Assembly (NCBI GenBank): GCA_047495785.1
Contig: JBLDXI010000074.1
Span: 124,001 to 188,000, forward strand
Reading direction: 5' to 3'
Length of the DNA stretch: 64,000 nt
From: Lepidodermella squamata
Lineage: Eukaryota; Animalia; Gastrotricha
The position numbers and the translations under genes are program-made. The notes under the pieces were generated by a model. The model saw only the letters and a program-made list of their open reading frames with translations, ran no database searches and had not been told where the DNA came from. Below are positions 1 to 11,109 of this stretch, in pieces (positions within the stretch are counted from its first letter, which is position 1; each line of letters begins with the position of its first letter).

Positions 1-51
1 TTTTTTTAAATTTTCAAGATTTTTCAAAATTTAATTTTTGTTAACTTTCAG

Positions 52-3000
52 GTCAATTTTATGGAAGTTCAAATCAACGAGAAGGCCGTTCGAACTGTTT
101 CGATCGTCAACAACGGAAAATTCAACTTCGCCTACCGCTGGGACACGAATTTCCCGAAAGTTTTCGCCGACGCCCTTACAGTTGAACCCGCCGAGGGCAT
201 TATTCTAGCCCAGGGCAAGGGCGAATGCCTCGTCAAATTTTGCCCACGCCAGAAAATGGCCCTTCAAAAATGCGAAGCGCGCCTCGTTGTTGTCGACGGG
301 CCGTCATTCGGCGTTCACTTCAGCGGATCAGCCCGCGAGCCCGGGCTCCACTTTTCGTTCATCGAACACGATTTCGGACCGTCTTTCGTGTTCAAACCCG
401 GCCTTCCGCCTAAAACAGCTACGTTGACAATCACAAATCGTGATCAACGTGAGCATAGCCTCGAATGCCTCTACCAAACAACACCGCATTTGGTACACAA
501 CATGGAGCAAGTCTACCTGGTAAAACCCGACCAAACGGTAGATATTGTTTTCAACTTCTACCCACGCGAGGTTAGGAAGTATTCGGAGAAAATTGTGTTT
601 GAAATGAACGGAATCAGCCAGCAAGTTGTGACCATCCGCGGCTCGGGCAGTGAGTTCAGCCTAGTCTGCGCCAACCCGAAACAACGCCTCGTTAAATTAG
701 GCGCGCTAAAAACGGGAGATTCAGTCAAGCGTGTCGTTCCGATAATCAATCAAACTTCGGTTGATTTGAAGTTTAAACTCAATCTAATCCCATCTAACGC
801 GTTGTTGAAGAATTATTTGAGCCTTGACACGAAGAGTAAGAGCTTAGAGTTGGTTTTGAAGCCTCGTGAACAGCATAACGTTGAGGTTTCATTCTCGCCG
901 CATAGCAGGGTGCCTCAATTTACGGAGGAGGTCGTGGCTGAGTGCATCGGAATCACGCAGCCGATTTTCGCCGTAACCGGGTGTTGCCAGGCTGTTGAAG
1001 TCTCGCTAGACATGGAGTACATCTCATTCGGCGCTGTGGTACTAAGATCCCAGGCTTCAAGGCGTGTCCTAATGCAGAATAACGGCGATATCGGGGCGAA
1101 ATTCGAGTGGGAACAGGGCAAATTCTCGCCGAATTTCACCATGTCTCCCATGTCCGGATATTTGACCCCGGGTATGTCTGTTGAGCTGGAAGTCACCTAC
1201 CACCCGACTTCAACCACCTTGGAATGCCGCGTTGATAAGGCAAAGTGTATCGTCGAAGGTATGAAAAAGCCGTTGTCTATGACGCTAACTGGAAGCTGCG
1301 TTCAAATGCCTGTCCCACAACGTGAATCTATCCATTTTTCGACCGTAGTTCGGCAAAAGGAGACTAAGCCGTTGCTGATCGGTAACCGGACCAATCAACT
1401 GTGGACTCTGAGGCCTGTTATCGAGGGTGAGTACTTCAGCGGCCCAGAATTGGTCGTTGTCGAGCCGCAGCAGAATAAGTCGTTTGAAGTCAGCTATCAG
1501 CCGCTGACCATGACAACCGAGGGCAAGAAGCATACCGGGTCGATATTTTTCGCCACACCAGACGGCCAGGGTCTGCTGTACACCGTTACCGGATCGGCTG
1601 ATCCGCCCAAGGTGTCTGGTCGGATCCAGCGGGAGGTTCCGTTCAAAACTCAATATGTCGAAGTGCTGCAGGTTGAGAATTGGCTGAAGCGGCCGCAGAG
1701 GTTTAAGATGAAGATGGAGCCGATAAAGCCGGATAAATTGGACCCGGGTACGACAATCAAGGGCTTGGACTATATCGATGTGCCCGGGCTGGTGAAGAAG
1801 GACTATCGACTCACGTTTTTCGCGTATAAGGAAGCGACTTACCTGGTCAAGGTAAGCGCAATTATTCTGAATTTTACGATTTGTTAAGGTCTAAAATTGA
1901 GCAAAATGAGAAATCCAACATGCATTGGATTGAATTAAACATGTAGAAAATCAAAAATCAAAAGGATTCAAAAATTGTTAAGTCACACTCGTTATCGAGG
2001 TTCCAAAAGTAGATCAAAGAGATCAAAAATAGCGAAATTGTCTTAATTTTTGAAAAATCGACGAATTTTCAGCAGATATTAAATGGAACAAAAACAAGAA
2101 AATGTGAAAATTTGGGAAAAATTCCAATTATTCCTAAAAATTACGCCAACATTTGGGATTTTCATAAAAATTTTCAAATTTCGAACTTTTCAAATGAATT
2201 TAATTGAATGTTTAATCCTATGATGTTGCAGCTAAAAAATGTCTAAATTTTCCTCTAGAAATATTTTTTTCACAATTTTGATGACCCGGAAGATATTAAA
2301 AATCTCATGATTTTTCAATTTTTTGAAATTCCATTTCAAATTTTGATTTGCATTCATAAGTGGTAGAGCTTCAAAATTCAATTTTTCCAATTTTTCAACT
2401 CTATTATTTTAATTTTAACTATACTTCAGGTCACTTTCATCAATGAGGAAACCGGCGAGTACCAATTCTACGAACTCCAGTTCAAATCTGTCCGAGGCTC
2501 CCCGCTCCAGACCATCCGCCTTACAACCCCAGTTCGCCTCGCAACTTTCCACTCACTCCTCCTCCAAAACCCACTCGCTAACGACGTCACGATGTCCGTA
2601 ACCGCAACGGCCCAGGAACTTCAATTCCCGAGCCAGTTGACGTTGCCAGCTAAAAGCGAGGGAAAACTGACGCTGGAGTACAAGCCATTGAAAGTCGGCG
2701 AGGTTCGCGGCAAACTGGAATTGTCGCACCCTGAACTTGGCGCCTACGTCTACGACCTGGTTCTCAACGCTATAACACCAGCGCCTGAGAAGCAGCTTGT
2801 GTTCACGACCAGTCTCGGCCAGTCTCAGGTTCAACAGGCCGTTTTTCTGAATTTCGCGAAACAAAAAACGGAATATTCATGCAAAATCGAACACGCTGAT
2901 TTCCACGTCGATAAAACGGTATCAGCAGCTGCGAGTACGCAGAACGCTGGTACGGAGGTTAGCATCGATGTGACGTATGAGCCGAGCCAGCAGGGCGAAG

Positions 3001-4064
3001 TTCGGACGCAGATGTTGGTTTCATCGACGGTGGGCGGCGATTACGTGTTCCCGATTGTGGCGACCTGTACGCCGCCCAAGCCGCAGGGACCGTTCGTAGT
3101 GTCGGCCGGTAGCCAGACGGCGATCATTTTCCGCAATGTTTTCCATCAGTCGGTCACGTTCAGCTTCCACGTTGACAATCCGCTGTTCCACGTGGCGAAA
3201 GCGACGGAAACTGTTCGAGCCGGCAAAGACTGCAGGTAAACATAATTTTTTTGAGAACTTTTTTATTTTTCTTTTCCTATCGAGTCGCGCTATTTCGGTA
3301 GAGGAAAATTCGGGGATTAAAACAATCAACCCCCCATATTTTTATGATATACGGTTGCGGAGATATTCCAGTTTCAAGTTGGTCACGTGACCTTACCTGT
3401 TGTCACACCTGAGTGATTATCTCAAAAACGGTGATAGCTAGGTAGCCGCTCTCAAAGAAAAAGGTCATCAGCGGGATGATATCTACTTTGAAACACATCC
3501 ACATTGGTGACAGGTGATAATAATTTTTGCGAAATCCATTTTGATGGCACCTGGTGACAGTCTCATGAGATAACTCTAGGCTCGTCACACTTTTTTATTC
3601 ACTCTCAAAAAATTTGTTTTTTTTGTTTTGAAAAACCGTCTGGCTGAATTGAGAGGTTTCAATGCCCAAGAAAGAGCTATTTAATTTTCCGTTGGCCAGG
3701 GTACCAGAAAACTGTACAACAGTCCCAATTTATAGCTCAACTTATTTCGATAGTGTTGAAACAATTTTCTTTTATTTTTCAGGATAATGATTGGTTTCGA
3801 CGGGGTACAAGATGGGTCGCCATCGACTGGAAAACTGGTCATCGCAACGTCCGCAACGCCCCCACCTGCGGGCCCAACCGGAGGCGGTTCGCAGTCTGAG
3901 CGAGCAGCCGCAGCCGCAGCTGCAGCCGCTGGTATGTTCCATCTTTATTGTTTCGAATTTTCCGACATTTATATTTCAATATTTTTCCAGCTGCTGCCGC
4001 CGCAGCTCAACAGCAAGCGATCGGTGCCAACCAATGGGTCTACTACCTGAGAGGGGTGTCGTAA
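52..4064 (+). CDS. HYDIN: HYDIN axonemal central-pair protein, 3' portion (last four exons; 5' part lies upstream of the window)
   Basis: Exons 52-1851, 2430-3235, 3783-3931 and 3991-4064 join in frame through GT-AG introns. Tandem ASH/Ig-like repeats (e.g. MQNNGDIGAKFEW, VENWLKRPQRF) and C-terminus QWVYYLRGVS* resemble HYDIN. Confidence 0.9.
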
Positions 4065-4399
4065 GGAAACATCCTGATGGAAAACTTACCAACAAAATTG
4101 ATCTCATTCATTATACTCCAAATGTGATATCATTTTTAATAACAAATCCATTCATTATAAATGATTTTATTGCAACGTATGTATTGCTTATAATCTTAAC
4201 GATTTTAAAATGATAGGTAACACTGCTTATGATTTTCTCTGAGCAACACGATACTGTGATTTTTGACTGATGGTATACTTATACAAAGATCAAACAGGCG
4301 TCTGTCATTTGAAATATTCGGAATATATTTAAAATAAAGCAATTGCTTATCTATCCAGTAAAATGACCAGAAATGTGAACTTGTCCATCTTCTGTTTAA

Positions 4400-4670
4400 A
4401 GTGCTTCAACATTTTCTAATTTTCTGAACCTCAGCCAGGCAGGTACAGTGAAATCGTCCAGGGAAAAGTTCTCAGTAGAGTTCGAGGAACAAGGCCTGTT
4501 AAGGAACTGACCGCCGATTCGGAACCAGTTCCGCCAGATTCAACATTATTGAGATACAGCATAAGAGTCGCCAATCGACCGCCCAACTCCCTGTTTTCAA
4601 CTTTCGAGGAGAAGTAGTCAAAATGAGGCCTGTAATGGCCTCCTATACCGTAATTTCCATCTTGGAATTA
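4400..4670 (-). pseudogene. Decayed 3' fragment of the prolyl 4-hydroxylase gene
   Basis: Aligns by eye to about 8740-9155 with many substitutions and an internal deletion of about 150 bp (about 8863-9010 missing); no intact frame. Confidence 0.85.
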
Positions 4671-5146
4671 AGGTTTGTGTAGTTCAGTTTAACATACATA
4701 AACATAATTCGACGCTCAAAATTGAAAAGTAACCTATCAGATTGTTCTAATGATAAATGTGCCACAAATAAGCGATGACAGTCTTGATTTTGAGTCATGA
4801 ATAGCTTGAATGATTGAATAATTTCCTCACGTTTTCGACGATCTCTGAAATTTTCGCTGAAAATTTGAACGAAGGAAATTGAAGTACGCTTTGCGAGATG
4901 CCCACCACAAACTTTATTAAAATACAATTCACTCGGATCAATTCAATTGAATAATTTACCAACACCATCAAACATGATATGCTAGGCACGAAATTCACGA
5001 TTTTACGAAGTGGCTGACGCTAAAACCCCACACTGGTTTCTTTAAAGCTAACGTTGATAAATATATATAGTACTCATTATTTCACGCAACGATTGCTCTC
5101 AGGTTTTCGTAATGCTCGTCCTCTATTGGCGGTCTTCAGGCGGTCC

Positions 5147-6524
5147 TCAGGGTTCCTCGATGGAGAGACGTGCAGTGGGTTCCCCAACCGCGAGACGGGC
5201 TGAAGGTTCCTCGATGGAGAGACGAGCTGAGGGTACCCCAACTGCTAGACGAGCTGAAGGTTCCTCGATGGAGAGACGAGCTGAGGGTTCCCCAACCGCG
5301 AGACGTGCTGAAGGTTCCTCGATGGAGAGACGAGCTGAGGGTTCCCCAACCGCGAGACGGGCTGAAGGTTCCTCAATCGAGAGACGAGCTGAGGGTTCCC
5401 CAACCGCGAGACGTGCTGAAGGTTCCTCGATGGAGAGACGAGCTGTGGGTTCCCCAACCGCGAGACGGGCTGAAGGTTCCTCGATGGAGAGACGAGCTGA
5501 GGGTTCCCCAACCGCGAGACGGGCTGAAGGTTCCTCGATGGAGAGACGAGCTGTGGGTTCCCCAACTGCTAGACGAGCTGTGGGTTCCCCAACCGCGAGA
5601 CGGGCTGAAGGTTCCCCAACCGCTAGACGAGCTGAGGGTTCCCCAACCGCGAGACGGGCTGAAGGTTCCTCGATGGAGAGACGAGCTGTGGGTTCCCCAA
5701 CTGCTAGACGAGCTGTGGGTTCCCCAACCGCGAGACGGGCTGAAGGTTCCCCAACCGCTAGACGAGCTGAGGGTTCCCCAACCGCGAGACGTGCTGAAGG
5801 TTCCTCGATGGAGAGACGAGCTGAGGGTTCCCCAACCGCGAGACGGGCTGAAGGTTCCTCGATGGAGAGACGAGCTGTGGGTTCCCCAACCGCGAGACGG
5901 GCTGAAGGTTCCCCAACCGCTAGACGAGCTGAGGGTTCCCCAACCGCGAGACGGGCTGAAGGTTCCTCGATGGAGAGACGAGCTGTGGGTTCCCCAACTG
6001 CTAGACGAGCTGTGGGTTCCCCAACCGCGAGACGGGCTGAAGGTTCCCCAACCGCTAGACGAGCTGAGGGTTCCCCAACCGCGAGACGGGCTGAAGGTTC
6101 CTCGATGGAGAGACGAGCTGTGGGTTCCCCAACTGCTAGACGAGCTGTGGGTTCCCCAACCGCGAGACGGGCTGAAGGTTCCCCAACCGCGAGACGGGCT
6201 GAAGGTTCCTCAATCGAGAGACGAGCTGAGGGTTCCCCAACCGCGAGACGTGCTGAAGGTTCCTCGATGGAGAGACGAGCTGAGGGTTCCCCAACCGCGA
6301 GACGGGCTGAAGGTTCCTCGATGGAGAGACGAGCTGAGGGTTCCCCAACCGCGAGACGGGCTGAAGGTTCCTCGATGGAGAGACGAGCTGAGCCAGTTGG
6401 ATTCGCGCTCGTGGACCACACAGCTACTGCGGCCTGAGAAAATTACGTAGTTTTACAACAAAACATGAACCTATCACGGAATGAAACTTACTACTAGCAG
6501 CATTGAAACCAAACGCTTGTTCAT
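5147..6524 (-). CDS. Two-exon secreted tandem-repeat protein (~439 aa): signal peptide plus 46 x (S/T)ARL(SIE/AVG)EP
   Basis: Exon 1 6524-6492 (MNKRLVSMLLV), GTAAGT donor, 58-nt intron ending TTTTTCTCAG, exon 2 6433-5147 in phase 0 (AAVAVWSTSANPTG then repeats, TGA). Minus-strand AATAAA at 4913-4918. Repeat variants are almost all synonymous or S/T in this frame. Confidence 0.8.
5150..6391. repeat. 27-bp coding minisatellite, ~46 units of two main types
   Basis: Units of the form GAGACGAGCTGAGGGTTCCCCAACCGC and GAGACGGGCTGAAGGTTCCTCGATGGA, alternating or in higher-order blocks. Confidence 0.97.
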
Positions 6525-7207
6525 TCTGGTAGAAGTGGATTTAAGAGAAATACAAAATTGAAATGATGAAATATGCATTCGTTACCCCCAATTTTATAAG
6601 CCTGACTGATTCAACCTTGCATCTGTATAAATATTCCTGATGTTTCACGTGAAATTCACCTTTTGTTCACATGTGAAATCATCAACGGGCGAAATTGAAG
6701 GCTTACTGTCAGTTAGTATGGCTATTTACATTGTTAGCGTTAACTTGGTAAATTTTCTGACGCAATATTTATGCTTATAAAACTTTCTCGAACTTTGAAC
6801 GGGGATAGCTTTCGCATCCCTTCTCATACGGCTCCTTTCAATATTTACTCAAGATTCAATTATGATGAATTATATCTTGTTTAAAAATTGTCTTCTTGAC
6901 TCGATAACAGCGAAATTCTACTTGCTTGTACACGTTTTTCGAGCTGAGAAGCGCGATAATTTTGCTCCTGTTAACCTAGCTCCTTTCAATATTTACTGAA
7001 TAGTCAAATAAAATACATCCGCTGTAAGAATTGTCTTCCCCGCAGGAATAATTAATTAATCAGGTTAATCTAATCTCTAGGGCAGGAATAATAATATGAT
7101 AATAACATTATCATAATATTATTATATCAAGTTTTCAGCATGCAAAAATTGATGATTAAATTGAATGCTTTTATAATTATGAACTTGGACAATTTTTTCC
7201 ATTTCAG

Positions 7208-8165
7208 ACCCTCCTGATCGAGATAACCGACCGCGACCCTGGCAACAACCCCGGCGGTATCCCGTACCGCCTCGTTGCCGAAGGCTGTGCGCCAACCATC
7301 AACAATTCCGACTACCGCGACGTCTTGGAAGAGCGCACCATCATCAAAAGCATTATGGTCTCAGTGTCAGGACAAGCGAGTCTCAGTGATAAAACCGACG
7401 ATTTTGAATAAACGAGGCCAACCCGCTTTAATTTTCCGCCGGACCCTGCTAGGGTGTTCAGACGAGGCGACGTTCGAGCCGTCAAACGACGGAACTCTAC
7501 CATCGAAAGTCACGATTGATATAACCGACCCAGTCTCGTGTTTCCGGGTCGAATCCCTCCAACCGACCCCGCTGGAAATTACCGAAATCACCGATGATTC
7601 ACCCCCAGTTACAGCCTCAAAGACAAAAGCGATAACTGAGACAGTCTTAGTCGGAAAAACTGCGTTGTATAAGGTGATTTTCTCGCCAACCAGCGCTGTT
7701 CGTTCGATAGGCGGGGTGCGGATTCGCGTTGAAGATAACCCATACGAAGACACGGTTATCCAGCTGATCGGCGAGTCTTACGACGAGAATCACAGACGCG
7801 CCCTCGCCCCCGCCGAAAATCAGATTCGCCCCACTTGACCTGGGCGATATTTACGGGAATATCTAACTCCACGTGTCGAACGCGAATCCTGAAAACAGAA
7901 TTTTTCATACAATCGCGGTTAAGCGAGGGGTTTGCTGCCGTGGTGTCACTTCGAGTTACCGGATTGTGAGTATTTAGTCAAGCGGAATATTAAGCTACTC
8001 AGGCCTCAGGGCCTGCCCGCCGACAGCCGGGCTCCTAGCTGGACCCTAAAACCCGCGCGATTGAGTTCAGCGTAGCCGGGGTCAGAATTACTACAGCCAA
8101 AATTATCTCTGTTTTGAACCCGACGAATAAACGGTACCACTTCGAATGGGTCAGCACTGATACAC
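7208..8165 (+). pseudogene. Collapsed HYDIN duplicate (patchwork of internal HYDIN segments with deletions and frameshifts)
   Basis: Translated pieces EITDRDPGNNPGGIPYRLVAEGC, KPTILNKRGQPALIFRRTLLG...DNPYEDTVIQLIGESY, PWCHFELPDCEYL and LDPKTRAIEFSVAGVR...VLNPTNKRYHFEW resemble HYDIN segments that lie N-terminal to the part in this window; frames shift between pieces. Confidence 0.75.
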
Positions 8166-8331
8166 TGATACACTGATTTATTTTTGCAATTTGTCTCGCG
8201 ACGTTTAGCAATTAAAAAGGGTCGAGGCGCCTCACCACTGATATAGTATATTGTTCTAGTTCACAGGCAATGCTTCTAGTATATTTTACGAAATTAAAAT
8301 GAGAGCTATTTACGACCTCACAGGGTATAGA

Positions 8332-8710
8332 CGCAGCTCAACAGCAAGCGATCGGTGCCAACCAATGGGTCTACTACCTGAGAGGGGTGTCGTAAGGAAA
8401 CATCCTGATGGAAAACTTACCAACAAAATTGATCTCATTCATTATACTCCAACTGTGATATCATTTTTAATAACAAATCCATTCATTATAAATGATTTTA
8501 TTGCAACGTATGTATTGCTTATAATCTTAACGATTTTAAAATGATAGGTAACACTGCTTATGATTTTCTCTGAGCAACACGATACTGTGATTTTTGACTG
8601 ATGGTATACTTATACAAAGATCAAACAGGCGTCTGTCATTTGAAATATTCGGAATATATTTAAAATAAAGCAATTGCTTATCTATCCAGTAAAATGACCA
8701 GAAATGCGAA
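8332..8710 (+). repeat. Near-identical copy of 4001-4380 (most of the last HYDIN exon plus 3' UTR)
   Basis: Direct comparison shows only isolated mismatches over about 375 bp. Confidence 0.95.
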
Positions 8711-8739
8711 CACGTCTAATTTCTGTTTAAAATAATGCC

Positions 8740-9981
8740 TCATACGTCTTCTACTTTCCTGAACCTCAACCAGTCAGGTACAGTAAAATCGTCCAGGGAA
8801 AAGTTCTCAGTAGAGTTTGAGGAACATGGCCTGTAAAGGAATTGGCCGCCGATTCGGAACCATTTGTTAGTCACCCATTTTTCACCTCGCAAAACTGGAC
8901 ATCCGCTGTGGAGCGTCCGCTCATCTGCCACCTCGTTTTTGCGATAGTTGTACCAGAAAATACCGGCCAACTTCTTAGCAGTTACCCTGAATTTCAGTTC
9001 GTGGAAACCAGTCCCGCCTCCAGATTCAACATCATTGAGATACAGCATAAGAGTCGCCAATCGATCGCCCAACTCCCTGTTTTGAACTTCTGAGGCGAAG
9101 TAGTCCAAATGAGGCATGTAGTGGCCTCCTATACCGTAATTTCCAACTTGGAATTCCTCACTGCCATCGAAACCAGGGTAAAGGCCTGTGTAGGCTGAGA
9201 TGAGTTGTGATAGCTCTGGCAGGAAAGAATGATCAAGCCAAGCAGTACGAGCCCGCCTTACGCTGTAGTCATATTCGGAACTTCCAGGTTCCTCCCCAAC
9301 AACTCCTGCCGATTCCAATTTAGCCGTTGCTTTTTCGATCAGCTGTGTGCCGTACTTCTTAGGAATAAAATCATGCCATAACACGACAAGCGGGTCCAAG
9401 TTGATAACTTCTTCCTTCACTGGCGATAGAATCAGCAAAGGATGCCGACCTCTGTCATCGTAGCGGCAGAAGCGTTTCGGGTCTCTCGCGAGGGCTTTTA
9501 GCTGCACATTTGCTTCGCCATCTCGACATATCTCGTACTCTGATGTCGCTGCTAATTTCTCTGCTGCGGACATCCTTTCCTCCAGAGGCTTTGTATCGAA
9601 GTCATTTGGCTCGGCAGGTGTTTTCACCTGGGACATGTAGTAATTCTTCCAAGAGGTCAGGTGTTTTAGCAGGTTATCATCAGTTCTTGGCATCTTGTTT
9701 AATGCAAGGTTGCAAAGGTAAAGAGCCTCCGATTTTTTTCCAAGGCCGAATGCGGCGTACTGCATGTAGTCGAGGATTTCCACTTCTCGTATCGAGCCAA
9801 TTTCGCTGGCATATGTACTGTTGAAAACTCGCCAAGCATTGAGCGCTGCTGCGTAGAGTTCTTCGAACTTCTTGGCATCTGACAGTTCCTGCAACGGTTT
9901 GTACGCTTCGTAGAGTTCAGTTGAAGTTTCTGAACCAGTTGACAACTTGAACGTTAGCAAAAGGATGAGGGCAATACTCAT
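8740..9981 (-). CDS. Prolyl 4-hydroxylase alpha-subunit-like 2OG-Fe(II) dioxygenase, intronless, shortened N-terminus
   Basis: Signal peptide; TPR-like EILDYMQYA segment; SEEFQVGNYGIGGHYMPHLD (HxD), GDRLATLMLYLNDVESGGGTGF, TLHSGCPVLRGEKWVTNKW. Confidence 0.93.
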   Translation of the reverse strand: MSIALILLLTFKLSTGSETSTELYEAYKPLQELSDAKKFEELYAAALNAWRVFNSTYASEIGSIREVEILDYMQYAAFGLGKKSEALYLCNLALNKMPRTDDNLLKHLTSWKNYYMSQVKTPAEPNDFDTKPLEERMSAAEKLAATSEYEICRDGEANVQLKALARDPKRFCRYDDRGRHPLLILSPVKEEVINLDPLVVLWHDFIPKKYGTQLIEKATAKLESAGVVGEEPGSSEYDYSVRRARTAWLDHSFLPELSQLISAYTGLYPGFDGSEEFQVGNYGIGGHYMPHLDYFASEVQNRELGDRLATLMLYLNDVESGGGTGFHELKFRVTAKKLAGIFWYNYRKNEVADERTLHSGCPVLRGEKWVTNKWFRIGGQFLYRPCSSNSTENFSLDDFTVPDWLRFRKVEDV

Positions 9982-10046
9982 TGTAAAAACTTGATAACCA
10001 GATTTTTGGAGTACTAATGGTTGATGAAATTGAGCACTATAAGTTT

Positions 10047-10091
10047 ATATCCAACGTTTCGGTTATTTTCCATAACCTTCTTCAAGGATAT
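10047..10091 (-). ncRNA. Second hammerhead-like motif (C3 to U core variant)
   Basis: Minus strand reads AUAUCC-UUGAAGA-A-GGUUAU(GGAAA)AUAACC-GAAA-CG-UU-GGAUAU with 6-bp stems I and II. Confidence 0.45.
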
Positions 10092-10288
10092 CAAGGGTAA
10101 CATTTCCGCATGAAGTTGATATTATAAAATTAAGGCGGAAATTTTAAATTAGCGTTAGTGAGGATTATAAGCCTAATCTGATCCAGTAAGTTGAGCTATT
10201 CTAACTAAAATTTTCTCGGCTTGTTCGACTGCACTTCTCATGAAAGATGGACTCCGTGAAGAGTTTCGCCTTAATCGAATCGAATTGG

Positions 10289-10331
10289 TATCCCTGAAGA
10301 TGGTTATGAAAAAGAACCGAAACGTTGGATA
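10289..10331 (+). ncRNA. Minimal type I hammerhead ribozyme-like motif
   Basis: UAUCC-CUGAAGA-U-GGUU(9-nt loop)AACC-GAAA-CG-UU-GGAUA: core boxes, stem I and stem II all present; stem III is only the palindrome ACGU. Confidence 0.55.
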
Positions 10332-11109
10332 TAAACTTATAGCGCCCAATCTCTTTGTAAAAGGATGTATAATAGGTACTAATAGTCAGTAATTTTTACA
10401 TCTTTGCGCCCGAATGAATTTTTTAACCGCTATTTGTTGAATCACCTGCCTGTGTTATTGAATGATGACTGCGTAGAGTTCTTACATCTTTGTAGTCCGT
10501 TAACGCACGCAGCGAACCTATCTGAAGGATGGCGGTCATTACAAAGCATGACAATGGACGGCACCGCAAATAATAAGACTCTCAAGGAGAACTCGGCGAG
10601 CTTCATAGTATCTGAGGATGGAAAAGGCTGAAACGATCGAATTACTTGTGGTCTAATATTTCTCACCTTCAGTTCTATGTATCAGGTGCTTCACCAAATC
10701 TAAACTTTTTCATATCAATATTGATGTAACATTGCTCTCACAATTTTTAAGTGCTATGCTATGCTTGCGCTTGGATTTCAGGATAGATGAGCGATCAGTA
10801 TGTGAAGGATCCAGCCTATAAATTCATGTCAATCTTGCAGTTTCTCTCGAAATTCTCGCCAGCAAATATAACGTGAATACTCATAGGCTGGATCGCCCTT
10901 CTGTCACTATCAGACCTGGAAACGCCCAACAAGCTGCCAGTGCTCAGTCGAGGGACTAAGTTATGGCAAAGAGTAAAGGCCGGCTTGTCATCGCGGAATA
11001 AATTGAGAGGTTTCATGCGTTCATTCCTAGGGTTGAAAAAAACCATTTGTAGGAGATAAGATAAGGCGGGCTCTACTAGCAAAGATGTTGGCAGACATTT
11101 TGAGACAAA

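Larger units (their letters stand above)
10029..10350. mobile_element. ~320-bp element with ~65-bp imperfect inverted arms, each containing a minimal hammerhead-like motif (Penelope-like relic or MITE)
   Basis: 10029-10094 is the imperfect reverse complement of 10286-10350. Confidence 0.7.

Noticed and set aside
3791-4213. ORFs 3791-4213 and 8299-8544 sharing a C-terminus
   Set aside because: Off-frame readings of the duplicated HYDIN last exon and UTR.
5150-6391. CRISPR-like array
   Set aside because: No unique spacers, units are contiguous, context is eukaryotic and no cas genes are present.
5112-6450. Plus-strand repeat ORFs (441 and 426 aa) as the main gene
   Set aside because: No signal peptide, and the variant pattern and splice structure favour the minus strand.
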